Of a stretch of 64,000 nucleotides of DNA, positions 18,754-27,542 are shown piece after piece. The DNA lies in assembly GCA_963578475.1 (NCBI GenBank), contig CAUZCL010000008.1, forward strand, positions 56,997-120,996, read 5' to 3'. Position 1 is the stretch's first letter. Each line of letters opens with the position of its first letter. Below the pieces are notes generated by a model that was not told where the DNA came from, searched no databases, and saw only the letters and a list, made by a program, of their open reading frames with translations. The DNA comes from Acidobacteria bacterium bin61 (GTDB lineage Bacteria > Acidobacteriota > Vicinamibacteria > Marinacidobacterales > SMYC01). The position numbers and the translations under genes are program-made.

Positions 18754-20184
18754 CTATTCGTTGGCGAGCGCGAACAGCTGATTTCGGCTCGCGATATATA
18801 AAACGCCGTGCGCGGGAACCGCTGTCCCGTAGACGGAGCTCCCGAGGTTCATCTCGACGAGAACTTTTTCTTCTTTGCCTGGCGCAAGGACGACGACATC
18901 GCCGTCTTCGTCCCCGAGATAGATCTTGCCATCGACGACCATGGGCGACGACCAGACGGCCGCGAAGGTGTCGTGCACCCAATACGGCTCTCCTGTCTCG
19001 ACGTTCAGCGCATGGAAGAAACCGCTGAAATCCGGCATATAGATGATGCCTTCATGGATCGCCGGCGTCGAGATCGAGCGGCGGATCTTGTCGTAATGCC
19101 AGACGCGGCCGCTTTGGGTGATGTCGCCGCGCTTGGTCGCGTCGATAGCGTAGAAGTGCCCCACGCCCTCGCCGTGCTCCGGGTCCTGACCGTTTGCGAT
19201 ATAGACCTTGTCGTTGTAGATCACGGGAGTGCTGATGATGTTGTTGCGTGTTTTCGGCCAGGTAGTGCCGGGCGGGTTGCTGTCGAACACCCACAGCTTT
19301 TCGCCGGTCTCGGCTAAGTAGCCGCGCACCCAGCCGTCGCCTTCGCCCATTACGACTTGAACAACGCCTCCGATCTCACCGACAGCGGCCGAGGACCACT
19401 GCCCGTGAAGTATTTTCTCTCCCACGGGGTTGTTCTCCCACACGAGCTCGCCCGTGTTCTTGTTGATGGCTACCAGGTCGGGGCTCAGCGGAGAGGGGAT
19501 ATTTACGTGGCTTTCGTCATGTCCGTTCGAAGTGTTCACGAAAATCAAGTCGCCATACATCACGGGCGACGAGTTCGACATGTTGTGCGGGAAGGCCCCG
19601 AGCTCTTCCATCATGTCGAACTTCCAGATGATGTCTCCGTCCTGCGGGCTCTTGTACTGCTCGTCCTGATAGGGCCCGTCGTTCTCGCCGTCGAGAAAGC
19701 CCTCGGTGTCGAGCGCGAGCACTTCGCCTCTGTTGGTGACGTAGTAGAGCACGTCACCGTCGACGAGCGGCGAGGAGCAAACGCCTTGGAACGGCCAATC
19801 GTTGACGCGGCCCGCGGGATGCTTGTCGGTGACCATTTGCCACAAGAATTTACCGTCGGCCTCATTGATCGCGACGAGAATGCCTTTGTCTCCCGGCATC
19901 TCTTTGTCATAAAGCGCCTCGTTGTTCGTTCCGACAAAGACTTTGCCGTTAGATACAACGGGGTTCCCATAGGTCTGTGAGCCGAGCGCGGCGACCCATT
20001 TCACGTTGGTGCCGGCATTGACATCCCACTCGAGGGGAAGACCGGTCATCGAGGACACCATGTTGCGATCGGCGCTGCCGCCCCACATGGTCCAATTGCC
20101 GTCCTTTGAATTCTCAGCGTAGACGTCGAGGGTTACCATGATCGCTAAAACGGAAAGTGCGGTTGCCCAAACGAGCTTTTTCAT
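18754..20184 (-). CDS. PQQ-like beta-propeller repeat protein P2, secreted
   Basis: ATG 20182-20184 (AGGAAG upstream) gives MKKLVWATALSVLAIMVTLDVYA, then WTMWGG. Propeller blades throughout. Confidence 0.85.
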   Translation of the reverse strand: MKKLVWATALSVLAIMVTLDVYAENSKDGNWTMWGGSADRNMVSSMTGLPLEWDVNAGTNVKWVAALGSQTYGNPVVSNGKVFVGTNNEALYDKEMPGDKGILVAINEADGKFLWQMVTDKHPAGRVNDWPFQGVCSSPLVDGDVLYYVTNRGEVLALDTEGFLDGENDGPYQDEQYKSPQDGDIIWKFDMMEELGAFPHNMSNSSPVMYGDLIFVNTSNGHDESHVNIPSPLSPDLVAINKNTGELVWENNPVGEKILHGQWSSAAVGEIGGVVQVVMGEGDGWVRGYLAETGEKLWVFDSNPPGTTWPKTRNNIISTPVIYNDKVYIANGQDPEHGEGVGHFYAIDATKRGDITQSGRVWHYDKIRRSISTPAIHEGIIYMPDFSGFFHALNVETGEPYWVHDTFAAVWSSPMVVDGKIYLGDEDGDVVVLAPGKEEKVLVEMNLGSSVYGTAVPAHGVLYIASRNQLFALANE

Positions 20185-20195
20185 CTTCCTGCCTT

Positions 20196-22385
20196 TCATT
20201 CGTTGGCGCGTACTTCGAGATTGTCGATAAACACTTCGGTCGGCAAGGCGTCGGCGAAGATGCCGGGACTTCCTTGCCGGCTCGGGTTCTCGTCGCGCCG
20301 CTCGATTTGCCACTCAGAGGGCTCGACCTCCCCGCGTAGCCATACTTTGCCGCGAGCGCGGACGGAGCCGTCCTCGAGCGTGGCGACTTCGAGCTTCATT
20401 CGATACCACGTGTCCGGCTCCCATTTGAACGAGACTCTAGCGGTGCGCTCGGTCTCGGGCTGCCACGACTGAAGCTCGAGCCGCTGATGGCTTCCGAGAA
20501 GCATCAAGAGATAACGCTGCGCGATAAGGCCGGCATGTCCCATTTGGCGGCGCTGCCTCGTGGCAAGAACGTCCGCTTGCACCGTGTAGTCGGACCAGTC
20601 CGAAGGTCCCAGGAACACGCGCGCGCGGTGCAGAAAAGGATTGTCGGCCTTCTTCACGAGCACCTTTTCGCCATCGACCTCGCGGATCTCGAACTTTCCC
20701 GTAGCGTTGATCCACGGCCGCGGAACATTCTCGAGCACGTCGAAATTCTCGCTCCATGGAAGAGGCGGGATCACGCGCGCGCGGGCCGAGCCCGATAGCA
20801 CGCCCAGGCTCGCGTGGATCTTTCCACCTTGGGGCGTCGAGCCGCGGGCCGCGGTGAAGCGCCCGCCCTCGACCGTCCCATCCAGACCTTCGAGGGACCA
20901 CGTGGCTTCGCCGATCCGCGCGACCCGTAAGAAACGTCCGGCCGCGTTGAACAGACGCGCTTCGAGCTCGACGGTGCCACCGGGCTCGAGTGTTACGTCT
21001 GTGGGCGCGACTTGAATCCAAGTCGGCGCGCCGGGTGTACCGCTCGGAGCGGTGGGTGGCGGCGGCACCGCTGATTCCTTGCGCGCCGACCCGATCGCGT
21101 AGAGCGCCTGCGCCGAGGCCAGATAGACGCGGCCATCCGCAATCGCGACCGAGGCGTAAATCTCTTCGAACTCGTCGCCGGCGGTCAGCTCCTCTCGGTC
21201 ACGGATCACAGCACCATCGGCCTGAAGCTCCAAAATGTAGAACGTGCCGTTGACGGTGCCGACATAGAGCTTGCCGTCGGCGAGAACCGGCGACGCGCGC
21301 TGGATGGTGCCGAGGTTCAAGGTCCATTCTTCGGCGCCACTCACCACATCGAACGCTTTGAGGTTGGCGCTGTTGTCGAGCTGGTAGAAGCGGTCGCCGT
21401 CGAGGACGGGGGACGAATAGCCGCCAAGAAAGCCGCCCACGGACCATTTCGCGCTGTCGACGTCGATGGAGCCGCGCATGGTCGCATCGATCGCTGCCAC
21501 GAGACCCATCTGGCTCGTGCGAAGGTTCTCCTCGCCCTGGCTCACGATTGCGATGTTGCCCTTGAGGATAGCGCCGGTGTTGATGCCGCGCTTGGAATAT
21601 TCGAAGCGCCACACCGACTCGCCCGTCTGAGGCATGATCGCGTGCATCGCTCCATCGCCGCCTCCCGTGATGAGAAGTCGCACACCTCCGACGTCGGCGA
21701 TGACAGGCGGCGCGTAGGTCGTGTCATAAGGGCGCCCACCGGGAGAGCTGACCCATTGTGTTTCCCCCGTGGTTTTGTCGAAAGCGAAGAAACGCTGGCC
21801 GCCGCGAGCTTGCTCGCCCCACCCCGAGCTCAGACCGCTCACGATGAGCAGGTTGCCGTCGATGATAGGTGAGGCGGTGCGGCCGCCATGGGTCGTGATG
21901 AGGCCGAAGTCTTCGGCAAGCGAGCGCTCCCACAAAACGGCGCCGTCGGCGCTGAACGCGTACACAGAGCCTCCGACGGTATAAACAAAGATGTTGCCCG
22001 TTATCGGGTCCGCGACCGGGGAGGCCCAGCCTACGCGGTGAGGCGGTACGTCGCTCAAGTAGATGTTCATGCGATGCTCCCACAAGAGCTCGCCCGTCTC
22101 GACATCGAGACACATGATGCGCTCCTGCAGGCTCGCGCCTTCTCCAGCAGCGTTTTGCAGATAGATGTGGTCGCCGAGAATGATGGGCGTCGAGCGGCCG
22201 CCATAGGGAGCCCGCCAAGCGAGATTCTCGCCATCGCGAGACCAGCTCGTGGGAAGGCCGGTCTCCGCGGAACGGCCGTCTCGGCTCGGGCCTCGCCAAT
22301 CCGTCCAGTCTTCACTGGATGAGCCTGCGAAAGATCCTGCCCCTATGAACGTCACGAAGATCGTGAAGAGAGTTTTTCTGAACAT
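20196..22385 (-). CDS. PQQ-like beta-propeller P3 fused to a C-terminal Ig-like domain and a concanavalin/DUF1080-like jelly-roll (tentative), secreted
   Basis: ATG 22383-22385 gives MFRKTLFTIFVTFIGAGSFAGSS, then WTDWRGPSRDG. The propeller runs to about aa 500. It is followed by VAPTDVTLEPGGTVELEARL (Ig-like) and PWINATGKFEIREVDGEKVLV...WYRMKLEV...VFIDNLEV (beta-sandwich). Confidence 0.8.
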   Translation of the reverse strand: MFRKTLFTIFVTFIGAGSFAGSSSEDWTDWRGPSRDGRSAETGLPTSWSRDGENLAWRAPYGGRSTPIILGDHIYLQNAAGEGASLQERIMCLDVETGELLWEHRMNIYLSDVPPHRVGWASPVADPITGNIFVYTVGGSVYAFSADGAVLWERSLAEDFGLITTHGGRTASPIIDGNLLIVSGLSSGWGEQARGGQRFFAFDKTTGETQWVSSPGGRPYDTTYAPPVIADVGGVRLLITGGGDGAMHAIMPQTGESVWRFEYSKRGINTGAILKGNIAIVSQGEENLRTSQMGLVAAIDATMRGSIDVDSAKWSVGGFLGGYSSPVLDGDRFYQLDNSANLKAFDVVSGAEEWTLNLGTIQRASPVLADGKLYVGTVNGTFYILELQADGAVIRDREELTAGDEFEEIYASVAIADGRVYLASAQALYAIGSARKESAVPPPPTAPSGTPGAPTWIQVAPTDVTLEPGGTVELEARLFNAAGRFLRVARIGEATWSLEGLDGTVEGGRFTAARGSTPQGGKIHASLGVLSGSARARVIPPLPWSENFDVLENVPRPWINATGKFEIREVDGEKVLVKKADNPFLHRARVFLGPSDWSDYTVQADVLATRQRRQMGHAGLIAQRYLLMLLGSHQRLELQSWQPETERTARVSFKWEPDTWYRMKLEVATLEDGSVRARGKVWLRGEVEPSEWQIERRDENPSRQGSPGIFADALPTEVFIDNLEVRANE

Positions 22386-22500
22386 GTCTGGTTTATGCTT
22401 TCGTGAACCGATGCCTGAATCCGTCCTAGAGGACCCTATTATCTTTTTCTGGGTGTGCGGCGTCAAAGAAATGGCCGGCGCCTGGAACTTTAGCTTGAAC

Positions 22501-22518
22501 AAACCTGAGACCAGGTTT
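22501..22518. promoter_or_regulatory. 18-bp palindrome AAACCTG-agac-CAGGTTT in the divergent promoter region between the two propeller operons
   Basis: Read directly. It lies in the 209-bp gap between start 22385 (-) and start 22595 (+). Confidence 0.3.
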
Positions 22519-22594
22519 CTGGAGTGGGCCCTTATGGAGTACGATTGCGTAGTCACAGAAAGGGAGTGCCTGTGAGGCGCTCGGCTGCCACTTC

Positions 22595-23992
22595 ATGCGT
22601 TTTGTCTTCGCTGTTCTCATCCTTGTCCTTCCCTCGACGCTTCTCGCCTCCGAATGGTCGCGTTTTCGCGGGCCGAACGGAACCGGCGTCGTCGACACCG
22701 ACAAGCTTCCGCTTCACTTCGGTCCGTCCCAAAACGTTGTGTGGAAGACGCCACTTCCTCCCGGACATTCGTCTCCAATCCTCACCGAAGAAAGGATCTT
22801 CCTGACGGCGTTCGAAGACGAGACTCTCTTCACTTATTGTATCGATCGCGGAACCGGCGAGATCTTGTGGCGAAGAGAAGCACCCCGCACACGCGTCACG
22901 GATTTCGACGCCCGCAATAACTCCGCATCGCCGAGCCCTGTGGTCGACGACAAGAGCGTTTTCGTCTTTTTTTCCGACTTTGGACTTCTTGCCTATGACT
23001 TCGAAGGCGAGGAACTCTGGCGATTCGCCGTCGAAGACTTCGACAACATTTACGGGATGGGGGCCTCGCCCATCCTCGCGGGCGACCACGTCGTCCTCGT
23101 ATGCGACCAGGCCACGAACTCCTACATCATCGCGCTCGACAAGAGGCGTGGGAAAGTCGTCTGGCGAAAGCGCCGCCCCGAAGCCAAGAGCGGTCACTCG
23201 ACGCCCGTGCTCCACGAGACCAAGGACGGATTACTCGAGATCCTGGTCCCCGGTTCGTTTCTTCTGACCTCCTACGCCGCCAAGACCGGTGAGAAGCTTT
23301 GGTGGGTGAGCGGTCTTTCGTTCGAGATGAAGTCGACGCCCGTTCTCGCCGGCGACATGCTATACATCAACGGCTATGGTGCGCCGGAGAACCAACCAGG
23401 GCGCGACGTCGTGGCCGCTCCGTTTACGGAGGTCGAGCCGAACGGTGATGGATTGCTTACTCAAGAGGAGGCCACGGGACATGTGCGCTCGTGGTTTGGC
23501 TTCGTTGACCTGAACGCTGACGGGCGCCTCGACGCGGCCGAGTATGACTACTACGTCGCGGCGCTCGCGTCGAAGAACGGTATTCTCGCGGTCCGCATAG
23601 GCGGTGAAGGCGACATGACGGAGCACAACGTGGTGTGGACCTATCACAAGCGTGTCCCCCAGCTCCCGTCGCCTCTTTTTTATTGGGATGTTCTGTACAT
23701 GGTGAATGACGGCGGGATCGTCACGACGCTCGAGCCAGAAACAGGGAGCATCATCGCGCAGGGACGCCTCAAAGGCGCCGTCGACAACTATTACGCCTCG
23801 CCCGTCGCGGCGGACGGCAAGATCTTCATGGCGAGCCAGCTCGGGAAAGTCGCGGTGCTCAGTCCTGCGGGCGATCTGGAAGTGCTGGCGGTCAATGACC
23901 TCGACGATTTGATCCACGCAACACCTGCCATTGGCGACGGGCGCCTGTACATACGCACCCGCAACACGCTCTATTGCTTTGGGCGAGAGTGA
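22595..23992 (+). CDS. PQQ-like beta-propeller P4 with an inserted EF-hand pair, secreted
   Basis: MRFVFAVLILVLPSTLLASE, then WSRFRGPNGTG. The insert EPNGDGLLTQEE...DLNADGRLDAAEYD (nt 23435-23548) matches the DxNxDGxIxxxE loop. Confidence 0.85.
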   Translation: MRFVFAVLILVLPSTLLASEWSRFRGPNGTGVVDTDKLPLHFGPSQNVVWKTPLPPGHSSPILTEERIFLTAFEDETLFTYCIDRGTGEILWRREAPRTRVTDFDARNNSASPSPVVDDKSVFVFFSDFGLLAYDFEGEELWRFAVEDFDNIYGMGASPILAGDHVVLVCDQATNSYIIALDKRRGKVVWRKRRPEAKSGHSTPVLHETKDGLLEILVPGSFLLTSYAAKTGEKLWWVSGLSFEMKSTPVLAGDMLYINGYGAPENQPGRDVVAAPFTEVEPNGDGLLTQEEATGHVRSWFGFVDLNADGRLDAAEYDYYVAALASKNGILAVRIGGEGDMTEHNVVWTYHKRVPQLPSPLFYWDVLYMVNDGGIVTTLEPETGSIIAQGRLKGAVDNYYASPVAADGKIFMASQLGKVAVLSPAGDLEVLAVNDLDDLIHATPAIGDGRLYIRTRNTLYCFGRE

Positions 23993-23994
23993 GC

Positions 23995-26127
23995 ATGTTC
24001 TGGCTTGTAGCGCTCCTCCTTATCCAAAACGGTGAGGACCTCCACGAAGCCGCGCGGCGAGGCGATCTTGCGAGAGCGTGGGCACTCATCGAGCAAGGCG
24101 TCGACGTCAATGCGCGGAATCGCTATGGCGCGACGGCACTTTTCTTCGCTGCAGAAAAAGGCGACCTCGACATGGTGACGCTCCTCGTGGAGCACGGAGC
24201 ACGCCTCGACATTGAAGACAGCTTCTACAACATGAGCGCGCTCAGCCGTGCTTTGAGCGGTGAGCATTTCGACGTCGCGCGGTTTCTACTCTCTCGCGGC
24301 TCGCCGGGCGCGGACGCCGTTCTACATGTGGGCGTCGCGAACGAGGACCAGGCGCTCGTCGAGGCTGCTCTCGCGGGAGACTTAACACGCCCAGCCTTCG
24401 ACCGCGCTCTAGCGATTGCGGCGGGAGACGTTCGCGCACTTCTCGAGGCCGCCAAAGCTCCAGCCGGCGCACCCGCCGCGCCCGTAGAGCTCTCGCCGGT
24501 AGAGCTCTCGCGCGAGGAGCTCGAGCGCTTTACCGGCGGCTATGAAAATGAATCCGAGCGTCGGTCTCTCACGATTGCTCTACGTGACGGGGCGCTCGAA
24601 GTGTCGGGAGATCTTTCCGTGCGGCTTCGTCCGAAAGGCGAGCAACGCTTCGAAGTTATCGGCAGCGACGCCGAAGTCTTTTTTGGAGGCCGTGGCGGTA
24701 TGATTGAGCGCCTCGTCCTTCGCCAGGGCGAGACCTCCACTACCTTTCGCCCGCTCGACGAATCGGAGGCTCGTGGGGAGGCGGCTCCTGTCGACAACCC
24801 GAACGTCGTCGTTTCGACAGACGTTGCCAGCTCCGCCCGCGCGCCGGCCGCTCCGTGGCCAGGATTCCGCGGTCCGAACCGATCCGGTATTGCGGACGGG
24901 CAGGGCGTGCCGATCGAGTGGGATGCCGAGACAGGGAAGCACATCCGTTTCAAAACAGAGCTTCCGGGCTTCAGCGTGTCGAGCCCGGTCATTTGGGGCG
25001 AGCGCATCTTTGTTTTGACCGCGGTAAGCGGCGCCGGGAACGACACCTTTCGGACCGGCCTCTACGGGGACGTCACTCCGGTGGAAGATCTCTCAGAGCA
25101 TCGCTGGCTTCTCTACGCCTTGAGCACCACGGACGGTGCGATTGTCTGGGAGCGCGAGCTTCACAGGGGTGAGCCGGGAACGAAGCGGCATCCCAAGTCG
25201 AGCCAAGCCAATGCGACGCCGGTGACGGACGGCAAGCACGTCGTGACCGTGCTCGGCTCGGTCGGTCTCTTGCTTTGCTACGACGTCGACGGAAACCTTC
25301 TCTGGAAGAAAGACATCGGAGTCCTCAACGCAGGCTGGTTCTACGATCCGGATTATCAGTGGGGGCACTCAAGCTCGCCCATTATCTACGGCGACACAGT
25401 GATTCTGCAGGCGGACCTCCACAACGGATCGTTTCTCGCCGCCTATGACCTCGATAGCGGGGAAGAAGTCTGGCGAACGCCGCGGGACGAGGTTATCCCG
25501 ACATTCAGCACCCCGGCGGTGTATCACGGCGAGATGCGCGATGAGCTCATCACCAACGGCACCGTGATCCGCGGCTACGACCCCAAGACGGGCGAGCTTC
25601 TCTGGTTTCTCGGCCCCAACTCCGAAATCCCGATCGGCGTGCCCGTGGTAACCGAAGATCTCATCTACGTAACCGCGGGCTACCCGCCCATCCGACCCAT
25701 CTATGCCATCCGTCCAGGAAGCCGCGGAGACCTCGCGCTGCCCGAAGGTGTCGACAAGAGCGAAGCACTCGCGTGGAGCAAGAACCGCGGCGGCACCTAC
25801 ATACCGTCTCCACTCGTCTATCGCGGACACTTCTACACGAACGCCAATAATGGCCGCTTGACGTGCTACGACGCGGTGACGGGGGAGCGCGTCTACCGCG
25901 CACGCATTGGTGGTGTCGGCGGCTCCTACGCGGCATCGCCGGTGGCCGCGGATGGACGTCTCTACTTCACTAACGAGGAAGGGGACACCTTCGTCGTGCG
26001 TGCAGGAGATGAGTACGAGCTTCTCGCAAAAAACGGCGTGGACGGGACGGTGCTATCCACGCCCGCAGCTTCGAACGGGCTTCTAGTCATCCGCACGCTA
26101 ACGCATGTATACGGGATTTCCGAATAA
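23995..26127 (+). CDS. Ankyrin repeats + small beta domain (DUF3471-like, tentative) + PQQ-like beta-propeller P5
   Basis: ATG 23995 lies 2 nt after the P4 stop. ANK repeats: LHEAARRGDLARAWALIEQGVDVNARNRYGATALFFAAEKGDLDMVTLLVEHGA. Linker domain: FTGGYENESERRSLTIALRDGALEV...ERLVLRQGETSTTFRPL. Then WPGFRGPNRSG and propeller blades. Confidence 0.8.
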   Translation: MFWLVALLLIQNGEDLHEAARRGDLARAWALIEQGVDVNARNRYGATALFFAAEKGDLDMVTLLVEHGARLDIEDSFYNMSALSRALSGEHFDVARFLLSRGSPGADAVLHVGVANEDQALVEAALAGDLTRPAFDRALAIAAGDVRALLEAAKAPAGAPAAPVELSPVELSREELERFTGGYENESERRSLTIALRDGALEVSGDLSVRLRPKGEQRFEVIGSDAEVFFGGRGGMIERLVLRQGETSTTFRPLDESEARGEAAPVDNPNVVVSTDVASSARAPAAPWPGFRGPNRSGIADGQGVPIEWDAETGKHIRFKTELPGFSVSSPVIWGERIFVLTAVSGAGNDTFRTGLYGDVTPVEDLSEHRWLLYALSTTDGAIVWERELHRGEPGTKRHPKSSQANATPVTDGKHVVTVLGSVGLLLCYDVDGNLLWKKDIGVLNAGWFYDPDYQWGHSSSPIIYGDTVILQADLHNGSFLAAYDLDSGEEVWRTPRDEVIPTFSTPAVYHGEMRDELITNGTVIRGYDPKTGELLWFLGPNSEIPIGVPVVTEDLIYVTAGYPPIRPIYAIRPGSRGDLALPEGVDKSEALAWSKNRGGTYIPSPLVYRGHFYTNANNGRLTCYDAVTGERVYRARIGGVGGSYAASPVAADGRLYFTNEEGDTFVVRAGDEYELLAKNGVDGTVLSTPAASNGLLVIRTLTHVYGISE

Positions 26128-26168
26128 GCGCTAAAGTTCCCCGGGACGTTCTGGAGGTAAACGAACGA

Positions 26169-27425
26169 ATGAAGGCGTTACCCTTACTCATAGTCGTGAC
26201 GACACTCGTAAGCTCCGTACTCGCCGAGGACTGGCCGCAATGGCGGGGGCCCACGGGCGACGGCATCAGCGGCGAGACCGGACTTCCTAGTGTCTGGAGC
26301 ACGACGAAGAACGTCGCGTGGCGGATCCCCATGCCCGACCGTACCGGCGCGACGCCCATCATCTGGGGCGAGACCGTTTTCCTGAACGTGGCCGGTGGAG
26401 GCGAGCTCCATCTTTGGGCGCTCGACCGCAAGGACGGACGCATCAAGTGGAAGAAGTTTCTGAGCGGCGGCGATCACCGCGAGCGCAAACAAAACATGTC
26501 ATCGCCGTCGCCGGTAACGGATGGCAAGCACGTTTGGGTGATGACGGGGACCGGCATCTTGAAGTCCGTCGACTTCGACGGCAATGAGCTCTGGTCGCGC
26601 AACATCCCGGCTGATTACGGTAAGTTCGGCCTCAACTGGGGCTATGCATCGTCGCCGCTTCTGTTCCAAGGCGCACTCTACTTGCCCGTGCTGCACGGCA
26701 TGAAGACCGACGAGCCGTCTTATCTCTTGCGCATCGACGCCGCAACGGGAAAGACGGTCTGGCGGGTCGAGCGGTTGACGGACGCCATCCGCGAATCCCC
26801 GGATGCCTACATCACGCCCGCGCTTCTGGAATATGACGGCAAGCACGAGATCGTACTAACGGGCGGTGACGTCGTGACTGGCCACGACCTAGAGACGGGC
26901 AGAGAGCTTTGGAGAGCCGATGGGCTCAACCCGAACAACGATCGTAATTACCGCATCATCGCCTCTCCGGTCGTCATGGACGGCATCATCTACGCACCGA
27001 CCCGCGTGCGCCCCATGCTCGCCCTCAAAGCGGGAGGCCGCGGCGACATCACGACGAGCCATCTGCTGTGGACCTTCAACAATGGTCCAGACGTTCCGAC
27101 ACCCGTTACGGACGGCAAGTATCTCTATGTCGTGAACGACCGCGGCGTGACGTTCAATCTCGATGCGAAGACCGGCGAGGTCATTTGGGGTTCGAAGCGT
27201 ATCGCGGCTGGAACCTACAGCTCGTCGCCCGTGCTCGCGGACGGGAAGGTCTACATAACGAACGAAGACGGGGTGACCACGGTCATGAAGGCGGGAGCCG
27301 AGTTCGGCGTGATCGCGGAGAACGATCTCGAGAGCTACACGTTGAGCTCCGTCGCCGTTTCCCAAGGGCAACTGTTCTTGAGGAACGCCGATTTTCTTTA
27401 TTGTATTGGCGACAGGCGTCCCTAG
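26169..27425 (+). CDS. PQQ-like beta-propeller repeat protein P6, secreted
   Basis: [21 protein letters not shown], then [11 protein letters not shown]. Propeller blades throughout. Confidence 0.85.
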   Translation: MKALPLLIVVTTLVSSVLAEDWPQWRGPTGDGISGETGLPSVWSTTKNVAWRIPMPDRTGATPIIWGETVFLNVAGGGELHLWALDRKDGRIKWKKFLSGGDHRERKQNMSSPSPVTDGKHVWVMTGTGILKSVDFDGNELWSRNIPADYGKFGLNWGYASSPLLFQGALYLPVLHGMKTDEPSYLLRIDAATGKTVWRVERLTDAIRESPDAYITPALLEYDGKHEIVLTGGDVVTGHDLETGRELWRADGLNPNNDRNYRIIASPVVMDGIIYAPTRVRPMLALKAGGRGDITTSHLLWTFNNGPDVPTPVTDGKYLYVVNDRGVTFNLDAKTGEVIWGSKRIAAGTYSSSPVLADGKVYITNEDGVTTVMKAGAEFGVIAENDLESYTLSSVAVSQGQLFLRNADFLYCIGDRRP

Positions 27426-27542
27426 GCTCTAACCCGTCAGAAGCGAGGATTTTGTTCGCGTTTTAGAATTCAATAGGTACGACGGACGCATTCGGTAGGT
27501 TTCGCCTTTTCACTTACCTTAGATTCAGTAAGCTCGGCCCGT

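Noticed and set aside
16532-27425. Calling the six propellers PQQ-dependent dehydrogenases
   Set aside because: They are short (370-480 aa propeller cores) and BamB-like. I saw no quinoprotein signature regions or cytochrome domains. Only the repeat fold can be supported from sequence.
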